Assembly (NCBI RefSeq): GCF_038025025.1
Contig: NW_027117339.1
Span: 620,001-684,000, forward strand
Origin: Phyllosticta citribraziliensis
Lineage: Eukaryota
Length of the DNA: 64,000 nt
Reading direction: 5' to 3'
Shown: positions 35,999-47,705 of the stretch, piece after piece
Layout of the letters: every line of letters starts with the position of its first letter
How positions within the stretch are numbered: position 1 is the stretch's first letter
The notes under the pieces: model-generated
What the model saw: only the letters and a program-made list of their open reading frames with translations
The model's database searches: none
Told to the model about the DNA's origin: nothing
Translations under genes and position numbers: made by a program

Positions 35999-37956
35999 GA
36001 GCCGAAACGAAACGGGCGGCAACAGCAGGTCTCAAGGCGAGCCGCGTCAAGGGCAGCTCCTCTGTTGCTGTTCTGGACGATGGATCGCGGCTCTCCTTCC
36101 TTTCGAGACGCCCCGGCTGCATAAAGGCCTGGTCCAGAATTGGCTCATCATGGATAGATTTGCGGCTGTCCGTCGACGTGGCAAACAGCCACACCATCAA
36201 CAGGGACTTTTTATGCACCGCGATGCAGGGTCCTGTTTCTTGAATCGCTGCTGGAGCGCCCTTTGCTCGTGCAGTGGCTCACGCTAGGGTCACTGCCGCT
36301 GTTTCTGGCCTTGTGCTGGTCCAAGGCTGCACGGTCGTCGAAGCTTGCTCACCTACAGATGTCCCGGAATCAACCTCATCGCATTATGTATTACACATTG
36401 CTCGCCGCTAAAATGTGTCTCACTTGTACTGCTCCGCCACCACTATTGGCTGGCTGCCTACTACCCAGGCGCTGCTCCCGATATCCGCATCCTCTCAACT
36501 TGTTCAACAATCGCTAGCTCGATGCCATGCCGTCCCAAGTGCTGACAGCTAAGCACCATCCCAGCTCACGGCCCTCCTCGATGCAAGCTGCTCTGCAGGC
36601 ATCAAATGCACGCACCGGCCCGTGGATGCAGCGCGCCGACAGCTAGCGGTACGGTATCTATCGCATGAGCTCGCAGCAATGCGCGTGTGTTTGGCAGGCG
36701 CGTGGATTAGCTTCGCAGCAACGGCTTGTTTGCATGCACTCGTTCCGCCCTCGGAGCTGCTGCGAGCAACACTTGGGAGACCTAAAGTCACCTCGAGTCG
36801 CAATTGCGATTCCAATTGCCTACAAGGGCAGGTCGGCTGCCGCTCGTCATACTTTAAGCTCGCAGCTACGTGGACGAGATGCTCCTGATCTTGGCACATG
36901 TACGCGTGCTGTGGACTTGGTTCCGAGCGGTCAACATGAAGCACGAGGTCGACGCCAGGCGGAATAATGAATAATGGCCTTGATATATCCGACCAAAAGC
37001 GGCGGTCCTTTGCTACAGCCATTGACTAAATGCCGCGTCGCCGCGCCGACTGCCTGAGGACTGGTTCACCAACTGTAAGCTCGAGAGTGAGCGATCTCAT
37101 CGGACAGGACCTGAGCTCAGCCCTTGGCATCGTTTCTTTCGAGGGCTACCAGCTCCTGTTTCCGCGAATTTCGAGGTCGAAACGCTCAAGTTTGGTCGTA
37201 GGCTTGAGAGATGGACTGTTTTTATACAAGCGGAAACCGTCCGCACGCCACTCTCATCATAGATCTCGAGTCTTGACCTCTGCCTCCACACGCGCCGAAC
37301 CGCGAGCACAGACGTCCGGCCCCTAAAATTTTCGATGAGGAAATCAGCCAACAGGTGTACCAAGGCATCTGCTGCGATTTGACAGGTGATTCCTGACTGT
37401 TGAAAAGTACCTCCTGTCCTATCTGCTTCACTACTGCTGTCTTGCCAGGAGTACACACCGATGCCAGCAGCTTTGAGAGAAGGACCACTTTTCTCGCCGA
37501 CCGCCTGAATGGGAATAATAATGGACTGGACTCTGCCATCGCCTATCCGTACCTGACGATCGCCGATATTTTGTCTCCATCATCCGGGCCCGCGGTGGCC
37601 GTGCACTTTGTTCCCTTTCTCAAGTCCAAAAAAGTCGGCCTTACACAAACGCGCGCCTATGCCGCTCGCTGTACTGCCCTATTGCTCTCTGGGCTGCCGA
37701 GCTGTCAATTTACCAAGGCACTGTTGTGGTGGGTATGTGAAAACACTTTTCCGCTGCCTTGCTGTTCATGTCGCATTCCAAGACACTCACCAAGGTCGTC
37801 CACAAGGTACGATGGAATCTACCGCCGCGGTCTCACCGCCAAATTGCGTCGACAGAGCACTTCCATGTTGTCACCAGGCTGTCCCTTGTCGCCATTTCGC
37901 AACAGACGTCGCTCTTTTGAACTGGAAACAAAAGTGAGGCCTTCATCACCTTCACG

Positions 37957-38010
<54 letters not shown>
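37957..38010. repeat. (ATC)18 microsatellite
   Basis: Perfect trinucleotide repeat in intergenic DNA. Confidence 0.95.
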
Positions 38011-40519
38011 GCCGCCGCCGTCTCGTCCATCGAGTCGTTGGTCGACCAATCGAGGACAGCACATAATAGTCGTAGTCGTATTCGAATGTGATCGTTGCGC
38101 TACCGCCTGCCCTCGGTTGACGTTACCCACTTTCCAAGCGCGTGTGTCGTCTCCCGACCCACCTCGCCCACCACTGACCGGCGCTCGCTCTATTCTTCGG
38201 CTCTCCCTCTCAATATTCGCTTACTCACTCGTTCATCCGCTACTACTCACCGACCACACAAGCGAAGCGTGCACTCCGTACGGCACGGATGGACTGCTGG
38301 CGATGCCCCGATGCTCCGGCTCCGTTGCCCGGTGTCCGGTGTCTGCCCGCATCGCACTCCGTGTCGAGAATATCGGTTCTCGGTAGGTAAGGCTCGCGGT
38401 AGAGCTGACGGCAGATGAACAGACGGACGGGCGCATCGCGGAGGACTCGTGTTTGCGTGCGTTGTTGAATATGCTCCGGGCGCGCTTGTGGCGTCACACC
38501 GCGTCGCATTTGCTCTGAAAACAAACTTTCGACTGCGTTTGGTGAGATGGTGCTGACGATATTCAAGCCAGACGACAGAGGAGTTTTCATGGCGATGGTG
38601 ATGCTCATGTCAGATGAGAAGACGCGGGATTCTCTCGCTTCCATACGTCGCCGCAGTGGACGGGTGTCAAGAGAAGCGTCAGTTCCCAAAATGCGGCGAA
38701 GCTGATGAACTACTGTTCCACGCGTGTAGCTGCGGTGATGCATGACACCTCCCAGGCCAGGCCTGGCCATGGTGGCGTACGACAGCTCCCCAAATCTGGT
38801 ACCTTGGCTGTGGTGATGGACGAACACTCCACAGACCTGGCTACAGTACCGGGAACCGCCCTTTCTTTCGACACCACGCACTGTGCGACGTGCAGGTACT
38901 GGACACCAGCTACCATTTCCTTTTCTCCCTTCCCTCCTTCTCTCGAGTCTCGACTCGACTCGGCGCGCTCTTTTGGCTGTCCCGTCCTGGAATTTCCGTC
39001 TTCGTCTCACTCACTCTTGGGCGATCAGATACCATGTCGATTCGCGCGCGCCTTGGGTTCGACGCGACGAGGTAAGTGCGTTTGAATGGTGGTGAGTCAG
39101 TAGAGGGAGGGAGTCTAGAAGATCTGCAAGAGAAGGAAGTATGAATGAGAAGGAGAAAGAGACTCTACTGCGTCAACGACATTTCTACCTCCCTACCGCT
39201 ACCGCACCGCTACTGGACTTTCCCACCCTACGCTTCTCGCGTGAGTGGTAAAGACAAGGCACGGTAGTTGTGTGGTAAGTGCTTCTCCCCTCATTTCTGG
39301 TATGCTTCCTCGCCGCCTAGGTGGAAGCCCTTGCTCTGACGTAGTTCTGCTCCCTGAAAGACAATGAGGCCGTGGTTATTCTGATTGAGCGCGCAGTAGA
39401 TGGGAGTGTGGCCGATCCGTGGGTGCCGTCACTGCACACATGTTCCCTCTCTTTCTCTTTTCCCTTTTTCTGTGCTGGGACACAAAGTCGTGAGGCCGAC
39501 ATACATGTACAAATGCGTACATGCGCGCGTCCTTGGAGAGAAGCAGAGGGGACGGGGAGGAGGGAGGGGTAGTCGCACTACCATCTAAGTAGGTAGACGG
39601 AATCAACGCTCCGACTTGGTGTCGTCTACAGGACGGACCACACGCCAACATCTCCTTCCGTGGTGAGATGGAGACTACCGCCCGGCAGTCTTGCTGTGCT
39701 CTGCTGTGCTCTGCTCTGCTCTGCTCAGCTTGCCTAGCGCAGTGCCAGGAATAGGCGCTCCCGTTTATCATGTGTGCTGGCTGGCTGGCACTGTGTCACT
39801 TACCTACCTACCTATTATTGTATGAAAATAAAGGGGACAGCAGGACTCACCCACCCATCTGTGGTCTACTGCTCACCTACTTGCTTTTCGTCGCCTCTAA
39901 GGGGGTAAGACTTGTGATGAGAGGGTGCGTGAGGTGGACGTTGATGCATGCATGGATGGGTGCGCGTGGTTCACTTTATTGCGAGAGAGACGAGACGGGA
40001 AAGAAAGATGGGTTTTCGCGATTGGGGTTGTTGCGAGGTTCAGTGTGTTTGTTTACACGCTTTCTGGTCTGTGGCCATGTTTCTGTCTGCTCCTCGGCCT
40101 GCCAGCTCGGAGGCTCTCTGCTTCTTACATGCAGTTGTTTGGCTCCCTGCTCATCACGCCCCCGACTCTCGTATCTCTTCTCTCTGTCTTGATTCGCTAC
40201 TGCAGGATACCGCGGCGATGAAGGCCTCCTGTCCTCGTCTTTCGCCGCCATCTCAAAATCTTCGCAGTCGACATGTGTTGGCGACGCAGCTTTTCCCTCT
40301 CCCTTTTACTCCGGGAGCAGTCTACCATCCCCGCTCGCCTCTTCCAGCGCGAATGTGCGCGTCTCTCAGCGCGTTGCGGAGGTTGCTCCTGTACCGGGCA
40401 GCGCGGGTCGCGTGCGTCAACCATGTGGCTTGCCATGACACATATTGTGACGGAGAGGCGGTAGAAGTGGGAGGAGCAGGAGAGGCGGGTAACGAACAGA
40501 CGGGCAGGGAAAGAGGAGT

Positions 40520-41085
40520 CTAGTATCCGTACTTCCAAATATCCTCAACGTATCCCTCCGTCACGGACGAATCCTTGCCGTACCTGTGCACATTAGCAAT
40601 CCGCGCAACCAAACACCCAGCAACAGCAATTGAACTCACTTCTCCTGCCACCGCACGAACCCGCCCTCCAGCACCTTGACGTCCTGCTCCTTGACAGCCC
40701 CCTCGTCGTCCGGCGCCAGCCTCTCCCTCTCCCGCAGATACCGCAGCGCGGCGCCCGGCCCCCGCTGCTGGCTCAGCGCGCAGTGGAACACGACGAGCGG
40801 CACGTCGCGCAGCGTGCGCGCGAGCTCGGGCGCGCGCCAGTCTAGGCTGTGCGCTGGCACGTTGGTGCAGCCGCGGATGTGGCCGCCGATGTAGTCCGAG
40901 TCGCGCACGTCGATGATGGCGACCGAGGGAGCCTGCGGCGCGTCGGTTGCTGGTGCTGGTGCGGTGGTTGAGGAGGGCGTCGGGGACCCGGTGGTGCTGC
41001 CTGTAGCTTCGATGTTGCGCTGGAGGAGGGCGAAGAGGGCGTCGGGGTCGATGCGCTTGAGGGTGCTGATTGTGACGTTGGACAT
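40520..41085 (-). CDS. Cdc25-like rhodanese-fold phosphatase/arsenate reductase (Ych1/Ibp1 family)
   Basis: Exons 41085-40640 and 40583-40520. IIDVRDSDYIGGHI.G, active-site HCALSQQRGP (CX5R), VLEGGF..WQEKYG.D..VTEGY. Confidence 0.93.
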
Positions 41086-41692
41086 TGTGGAAGAAGATTG
41101 AGGGCGGCGGAGGTGGGAGAGTTGCTGGTAGACGGAGGCGCGGACGAGGGAGCTCGTGAAGCTGGAGGGTGAGTAGGAGAACGAGGCGGCGTCAAGCAAG
41201 ATGGGATGGCAGGAATGAGGTGGTGGTGGTCAAAGTTTTGGGTGGTTCCTGCGTTGGGTTGGCGGGGTTGTTGACGTTGTGGTGGGGTTGCATGCTTTGG
41301 CCTGTCACATAGCTTTTTTATAGTTCATGTTGAATTGACCGTTGCTTCCATGGAGATCGATGTTCTTGACATGGTCGCCGTTGTACTATCTAGGCCAGAG
41401 GTCCTCCTACTGTTGGGCTTGTCCGGTTCCCCTGGCCTGATGTCACACTCACAATCAGGAAGCATGAGAAGCTGCTGCGCAGTGAAGTCTGCGAAAGAAC
41501 TAGACTTTGAAGAGGTTTGGCCATGCTAACGAATTGGACCAATTGATTCTTGCAGACGTCCTATCAAGCGTAGCCTGTCGGCGGATTTTGCAATTACAAG
41601 ACAGGCAGGCGACAGCGATGACGTTGGGCTAGCATAAGGTACCTAAGGTAACTTCGGCGCGTCTCACTCCCACCTTCACCACCACACCAACC

Positions 41693-42763
41693 ATGTCGTT
41701 CTCCAAGCAGCTCGACGGCTTCCTCAACAAGGCCAAGGAAAAGATTGAAAAGTACCAGGCCGATCGCAGTTCGTCATCCTCGGGAGCCTACACAAGACCG
41801 CCGCCACCTGCTCCCGCTCCAAACCCATCTGGCCATGGCCCTAACCACGGATACCCATCCGCTGCACCGCACTTCTTTCCAGGCTCACATCCACCAACAG
41901 GACCGCCGCCGCCGCCTCAGCAGCAGCAATGGGGACCGCCTGGCGCAGCAGCACCTCCACCGCTCCCACCGCATCCCTCGGGCCCGCCCTTTTACTGGCG
42001 ACCCGCCTTCTCGCCTCACGAGCCCGTATCGGCGCACTTCCACCACCAACTCGGCGACCACGGCTGGGGCAACAATGAAGCGCAAAACTACACGTCGGAG
42101 CCGACAAACTCGTTCCACACGCCGTCGAACGCGCTGGTGCTGCGCGCCGTGGCCAACCGCTCGGCGCCGGCGGGCCAGCAGTACACGTCTGCGCGGCTGA
42201 CGTCGCACACGACGCTGTCGCGAGACCGGGGCTTCCTGCTGGCGCGCATCACGGCGCCCTGCGCGCGCGGCGTGTGGCCCGCGTTCTGGCTGCTGCCGCG
42301 CGAGCCCTTCACGTGGCCGGTCGACGGCGAGGCCGACATCTTCGAGGCCTGGAACGGCGACCGCGTCAACCACAGCTGCCTGCACTGGGGCCACTTCAAC
42401 GGGGACGACTGGAACAAGCACCGCGTCGTCGAGACGCCCATCCCCGCGCTCGACCACCCGGAGGGCCGCTGGTACGGCTTCGCCTGGGACCAGCCCCCCG
42501 ACGGCAGGGGCGGCCGCCTCGTTTGGTACATTGATGGCCGCCCCGTGATGAAGGCGCATATCCCCGAGGGCACGCGGCGCATCAGCGATTGGCAGATTAT
42601 CCTCAATGTCGCCATGGGCGGCAACGTCTGCCAGGGCATTCTCCCCGAAGACGGCGTCTACGACTTGGTGGTGCACAATTTGAAGCTGTGCGAGGAGCCG
42701 GCCGGCGGCTGGGGTTGCTTTGAGAGAGATTGGCACACGGCGCCTGAGGGCCACACCATGTAG
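41693..42763 (+). CDS. Glycoside hydrolase family 16 (beta-1,3-glucanase-like), Pro-rich N-terminus, no signal peptide
   Basis: GWGNNEAQNY, YTSARL, GVWPAFWLL, WP..GEADIFE (ExDxxE), W.....L.WYIDG, ILNVAMGG. Single exon. Confidence 0.93.
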   Translation: MSFSKQLDGFLNKAKEKIEKYQADRSSSSSGAYTRPPPPAPAPNPSGHGPNHGYPSAAPHFFPGSHPPTGPPPPPQQQQWGPPGAAAPPPLPPHPSGPPFYWRPAFSPHEPVSAHFHHQLGDHGWGNNEAQNYTSEPTNSFHTPSNALVLRAVANRSAPAGQQYTSARLTSHTTLSRDRGFLLARITAPCARGVWPAFWLLPREPFTWPVDGEADIFEAWNGDRVNHSCLHWGHFNGDDWNKHRVVETPIPALDHPEGRWYGFAWDQPPDGRGGRLVWYIDGRPVMKAHIPEGTRRISDWQIILNVAMGGNVCQGILPEDGVYDLVVHNLKLCEEPAGGWGCFERDWHTAPEGHTM

Positions 42764-43137
42764 TCTGCAGAGATTGCATTGCATTTGGTTGTTTTCTGAA
42801 GTTTCATTCTCCCCATTTCAGCGGATTTGTCATGGCGGTCGAGAGCAATTCTTGGTGGCCTTCAGTAGTCGATTTTGGCTCCGTCTTCGTAGCATTGACG
42901 CATATCGGAAGCAAGCAGACAGACAACCCACAACTCGACATGCATCTACTCCCATACTCACATCTCCCTATCACCTCTTTCACCTGCTTCATCTTCCCTT
43001 AACAGCTTGACAGGCGAGCAGAACCCTAAATAAACATGGGGCAAGCGAAACCAAACCAAGGACCAAAAACAGTGCAGTGAACGAGTACAAACTCTTGCAA
43101 CTAGAGTACTTATTACAAATACTTTGCAATGGTTGCC

Positions 43138-43256
43138 ACGTACGACCATAGCAGGTAGAAAACTCGGAACCCCGTCCGCTCTTCCATAGATAAGCTACCT
43201 TGCGGCCGATTAGTAGTTGCGTGGGTGACCAGCAGCGAATCCCGGCTGTTGTACGT
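43138..43256 (+). rRNA. 5S rRNA gene (dispersed copy)
   Basis: 119 nt: ACGTACGACCATA...GAAAACTCGG..CCCGTCCGCTCT.CCATAGATAAGC...TAGTAGTTG...GGTGAC...AGCGAATCCC..TGTTGTACGT. The ends pair to form helix I, and a T-rich Pol III terminator follows. Confidence 0.95.
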
Positions 43257-43549
43257 TTTGTCATTTTTCTCTTTTTGGCTCTCCCCCCTTCTTCTCTACA
43301 TGCATGTCTCTCCTTTCAGTACATCGGGAGTGGGTGGGTGAATGTTTTGCTGATTTGACTGGAAGCTGGTGCGGTTTTGGTGGTGGTGGGAGGCGATGGA
43401 TATCTACAATATATGTGCACCATCATCATCATCCGTTCCAGCGGCCGGCTCTCTTTTTGCCTCGTTCGCCCTCTTCCCCCCTTCTTGTGGCTGGCATTTG
43501 TCCGCAGGCAAGCTGCGGTATGCCGGTTTATTATGGGTTTAGATCGCAC

Positions 43550-43550
<1 letters not shown>

Positions 43551-43581
<31 letters not shown>
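43551..43581. repeat. (AC)15 microsatellite
   Basis: Read directly from the sequence. Confidence 0.95.
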
Positions 43582-43582
<1 letters not shown>

Positions 43583-44118
43583 GTCTTCGTACTCTACATT
43601 CCGCGCCCATGCAGGGAAAGCGCAATGCAGAGGCGGCGGTCGAAGCACGACAAGAGAGAGCACGGTTGTCGGCGACTACGCCTGTACTGTAGTAGCATGG
43701 TCGCATAGCATGCACACATAGCATAGCATAGCAGTGCATCGATTGACATCTTTCCTTCCCTCGTTCGTTCGTTCATTCCATCTGCCTCCCGAGCACGCAG
43801 TCTGACCGCTTCCTCCTCCCCATTTACTCCAGTCCAGCCTGTCTGTCCCACCTCGACCAAACTGCGCCTGCTCCACGGATCACACTCGAGGCAAAAGCGG
43901 CGGCTGGGCCGTCAGACGTGAGCACAGCTCGCTCTCCGTGTGCCAGCCTTGGCAAGCGGCAAAGGAAAGATCTCAAACGCGTCAAAGCGACGACCAAGGG
44001 TAGGTAGGGGCGGGGCGAGGAGAGGAGGAGGAGAAGAAGGAGAAGAAGAAGAAGAGGGAGAGTGTGTCATCAGGAGACGAGGAAAAGGAACACTTCAGTC
44101 TTCATCATTTGGTTCCCG

Positions 44119-44287
44119 CCCGTCCATCCGTCCGTCCATCCAGACGTCCATCCGTCCGTCCATGCGTCAAATCCATGGCTCACGTAAAATATAAAGGTGT
44201 CCAGTGTCCAGCCGTCCATCCATCCGTCAATCAATCCATCAATCAGTCAGTCAGACAGACCATCCGTCCGTCCGTCCGTCCGTCCAT
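44119..44287. repeat. Compound tetranucleotide tract (CCGT/CCAT/TCAA/TCAG)
   Basis: Imperfect 4-nt periodic repeats. Confidence 0.75.
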
Positions 44288-44720
44288 CTACGGACCAGTC
44301 CGTCACCGTTTTGATTCGCTTCCCTCCGTCGCCTCTTCGGCTATCGGGCAAAGCGTCCACAGAAAAGTTCTTCCAAGAGAAGAAGAAAAAAAGGAAAAGA
44401 CCCAACACATGTCAAGAAAAAGGACCACAGGCGTCCGATTCCTGTTGTCGAAGTAATAGTAGTAGTGGTGGTAAAGGTGAAAAGGTTGTTGGTATAAGAG
44501 ATTGTTGACTGATGAGAGAGAAGAAGAGCAAAAAAAAAGGTTGCTATAAGCGTCAACTCGTACACTGGACCGGCTCGTCAATGGTACTGGCGGCCGGTCA
44601 GATACAAAAAAAAGGTACCCGCTCAACAGGAAAGTGGCAGTCGGAAAAAACAGACCCCAAAGCGAAGCGAAGCGTCGAAGGTAATTCAACGTAAAAGAAT
44701 AAAGCGCCCAGTTCCTCATG

Positions 44721-47705
44721 TCATGCGCTGTCAGTGGCCTTGCCTTCTGCTTTTGCACCCACATTGGCTTTTTGCTCGCCGTCCTTGAGCTCGCTTGACT
44801 CTTGCAACGGGGCGAGCGTCGTAGCGGGCGAAGGAATGTCCCTGTCCCTTTCCTTGTCCCTTTCATCGGATCTGTCGTCATGCTCGTGGGACTTGGCTTC
44901 CAGCTTTGCTTTTCGTTTTGCTGTCCAGTCGCTGAGACTCATCTTGGCTTTCCGCTGGACTGGACTGGGAGTTGCTACCGAAACTGGGGTGCTGACATCG
45001 GGTGAAGGTGCGGGGACCGAGAGTGCAGAAGGGGTGAGATGTGATGGAGACTCGGCGACGGGTGCGCCGCTAACGATTCCGGCAGGCGGAGTGTTTTCAG
45101 CGGCCGAGGGAGGCGGTGGGGTTTGTGTTGCCGTTCGTTGAGTGGAGAAAGTGGGGAGAGGCGGGAGATCGACATGGGAAGGTCTGCCGCTTTTGCCAGG
45201 ACCATTGTGGGCCGATGCGTCATCTGTGGGCAACCACGGAGGCGGAGGTGGTGGGAGGGGAGGATGTGAGGTACGCGACGGGCTCTCTGGTGACGCTTCT
45301 GGTGGTCTTGACCGAGGCGAAACAGGCGCAGCATCGTTTCGCGGTGCCTCGATTGGTGTCGCGGTCGAGGCATCTTGCATTTCGACATCGTCTTCGACTT
45401 TTGGTTGCGGCGACGACGCCCTATGCAAGGTCGCTTGGCCCGATGGTGTAGGGTTCTCGGGCTCATCCAGTTCCATTCTGTCGCCGGGAAGTTGCAACGG
45501 CGGAGGACTTTGTTGCGTCGATTGCGATCGTTCTCGCGTGACCCTGGCGTCGCGTGTGCGCTGCAAAAGCGACCGCAGAAAAGAACCCTTGGGCTTCCGC
45601 CTCTCGACGTGCATCGACACGGGCACCAGCGATGGGCAATCGGGATCGGGGTCGGTCTGCGTACCCTGATCCGCATACTCGGGCTTGGGGGCGGGGACAG
45701 GCTCCTTGGGCGCACGTGGAGTTCGCCGCGAATTGTTTGACCGACGGCCGTTCATGGTCGAAGAGCGGCCATTCGACTCGGATGTGCGAGATTTGGGTGC
45801 GGCCGGAGATGGAACGGATGACTCTGCGAGTCCCAGCTGCTTCTGCGCCACGATTAGCTTTTTCCTCCTAGCTGATAAGGGTATGGTAAGTTGTACAGAG
45901 CTTGCCACGCTTGGCGTGTTCAGGGCCGACCCAGCGCTATTCCGCTTCCGCTTCTTCTGTGCGTGCTGCTCGTTGTGTTCCAGTTGCTCGAACAATTTTT
46001 CTTGCTGCATCAGTTTCCGCTTCTCTCGGTCCGACATTTCTACGCCCAGTCCGACAGCATTCTCCGTCGATGCATGGGTCATGGGGGTAATGTCACGGCT
46101 CGTAGGCTTGCTGCGGGTGGAACCGGAAACCGAGCGGCTTTCAACGTTGTCGTCGTCTTGGTCGACACGCCGTGCTTCACTGCCTGCCCGACTGTTGGTT
46201 GCTTGGCCGGTGCTCAGCGGCGAGACGTGGCTCCCATTCTTGCGCTTCTTGTGAGGCTTGAGGATCTGGTTGCTCGAGTGGGAGGCGTTTCGACGGTCGC
46301 AGCGAGCCAGCGGACAATCCACTGCAGAGCATGCGCATCCACCAAAGTTGGAGAGGACGCCTGCGACCCAGTGCGAAATGCCCTCAACCTCTTGTATGCC
46401 GCCTTCGCGAGTGTTGCCGTTTTGCACATACATCTGTAGCGCCTGCTGAATGTCCTTGTCAATATCCCAGCCGAGGGTGATTTCGTCGCCTGCGAAGATG
46501 TCGGCGGTTGCGATGAAGCAAAAGTGATATTCCGATTCGCCCGTGATGAGGATTTGCATGCGCACGTTGGGTCTACAGCTGCGTCGAATATATCGCAGGT
46601 GCGTGCCCTCGTATCTGGTGTCAATGTAGATGGGAAGAGAGGGAGGAAAGAATACAAAGGGCCTGGGATGTCGCAAAAGAGGCCATCGGTTGTCTGGGTT
46701 GGAGCAGTATTCGTCTCTGAGACCAATCTGGCCCTTGAGTTCTCCAACGAAGCCACCGCGCGGCACATCGGCGTCGACGGTAATCCACATCCAAGTGGGG
46801 CACGGCCCTTGAATCGTTGGGAGGGCGCCAACCGTCTTGTTGACACCAAGGTGAGGGCCAGTCTCTTCGAGCGACTTCATCGTTCCGTCGTGCCGCTGAA
46901 AGATTTGGTCGGGGGTCTTACCACCGGTCGCTTTGGCCGTCTCCTCGGGGTCCTTGAGCCACAGGTGTAGGCTGTTGGTGACGCCCAGGTCGCGAAACGA
47001 ATTGGCCTCGATTTCGGCAAAGTCGCAGTGTTCGTACAAACGCAGAAATTCCTCTGAAAAATAATCGCTGGCATATCCGTTCGCTATCGGCGTCGCGGGC
47101 GACTTGACGGGGCTGAGGACAGGTTGGGCGGTTGAGGTCGCTCGCTTACGGCTAGACGGTTGAGTGAGCGAAGCAACAGAACCTGAGCTCTTGTGGGTGG
47201 TTTTTGGTCGTTTTGCGGGCGGCTGCGGATCCCGTGGGCTTCCACTTTTGCGCTCGATGGCAGAGGCTGGTTCGTCGTGGCCATTTGTCAGTGCAATCGT
47301 GTCCTTTGGCTTCTTCTTGTGGCTCTTGGGAGCAGGTCGCTTGTGCTTCTTTTCGAGCACGTTTTCCATGTCCCGAAAGGTCTTTTGGCGATCCTTGATG
47401 CGTCGCTGCTCGAGGGGCCGTGGATGGCAGTCGGCGCACTCGTGGACGCGTGGAATCTGGGCCTCGTTGTCGTAATAGCACAGCACATGCTGCCAGGTCC
47501 TACACAGCTCGCACAGGACGCTGCTGCCATCGTCGAGTTCATAGCCGCAGACGCACTTGATGGTGTCGGACACGTTGTCGTCTTCGGGTTGCTGCGGGCC
47601 ATCCAGCGGTCGGCCATTGGGAACACCATAGGGAGCGGGCGCAAATGGAGCCCTTGGGCTTGGCTGGGAAACAGCATGCGTCTGCAGCAAGGGGATTTCG
47701 GTCAT
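44721..47705 (-). CDS. set3: PHD-finger + SET domain protein (Set3/Set4-like)
   Basis: PHD (IKCVC...DDG..VLCELC.TWQH..CY...H.C.DC), SET with RYIRRSCRPN and GDEITLGW, SDREKRK..Q.EKLFEQLE, terminal KMSLSDW. Probable 54-nt in-frame intron at 45843-45896. Confidence 0.9.
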   Translation of the reverse strand: MTEIPLLQTHAVSQPSPRAPFAPAPYGVPNGRPLDGPQQPEDDNVSDTIKCVCGYELDDGSSVLCELCRTWQHVLCYYDNEAQIPRVHECADCHPRPLEQRRIKDRQKTFRDMENVLEKKHKRPAPKSHKKKPKDTIALTNGHDEPASAIERKSGSPRDPQPPAKRPKTTHKSSGSVASLTQPSSRKRATSTAQPVLSPVKSPATPIANGYASDYFSEEFLRLYEHCDFAEIEANSFRDLGVTNSLHLWLKDPEETAKATGGKTPDQIFQRHDGTMKSLEETGPHLGVNKTVGALPTIQGPCPTWMWITVDADVPRGGFVGELKGQIGLRDEYCSNPDNRWPLLRHPRPFVFFPPSLPIYIDTRYEGTHLRYIRRSCRPNVRMQILITGESEYHFCFIATADIFAGDEITLGWDIDKDIQQALQMYVQNGNTREGGIQEVEGISHWVAGVLSNFGGCACSAVDCPLARCDRRNASHSSNQILKPHKKRKNGSHVSPLSTGQATNSRAGSEARRVDQDDDNVESRSVSGSTRSKPTSRDITPMTHASTENAVGLGVEMSDREKRKLMQQEKLFEQLEHNEQHAQKKRKRNSAGSALNTPSVASSVQLTIPLSARRKKLIVAQKQLGLAESSVPSPAAPKSRTSESNGRSSTMNGRRSNNSRRTPRAPKEPVPAPKPEYADQGTQTDPDPDCPSLVPVSMHVERRKPKGSFLRSLLQRTRDARVTRERSQSTQQSPPPLQLPGDRMELDEPENPTPSGQATLHRASSPQPKVEDDVEMQDASTATPIEAPRNDAAPVSPRSRPPEASPESPSRTSHPPLPPPPPPWLPTDDASAHNGPGKSGRPSHVDLPPLPTFSTQRTATQTPPPPSAAENTPPAGIVSGAPVAESPSHLTPSALSVPAPSPDVSTPVSVATPSPVQRKAKMSLSDWTAKRKAKLEAKSHEHDDRSDERDKERDRDIPSPATTLAPLQESSELKDGEQKANVGAKAEGKATDSA

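Noticed and set aside
46530..46600. SET domain reads RRSCRPN rather than NHSCxPN
   Set aside because: This is the known hallmark of Set3/Set4/MLL5-type SET domains, not a novelty.
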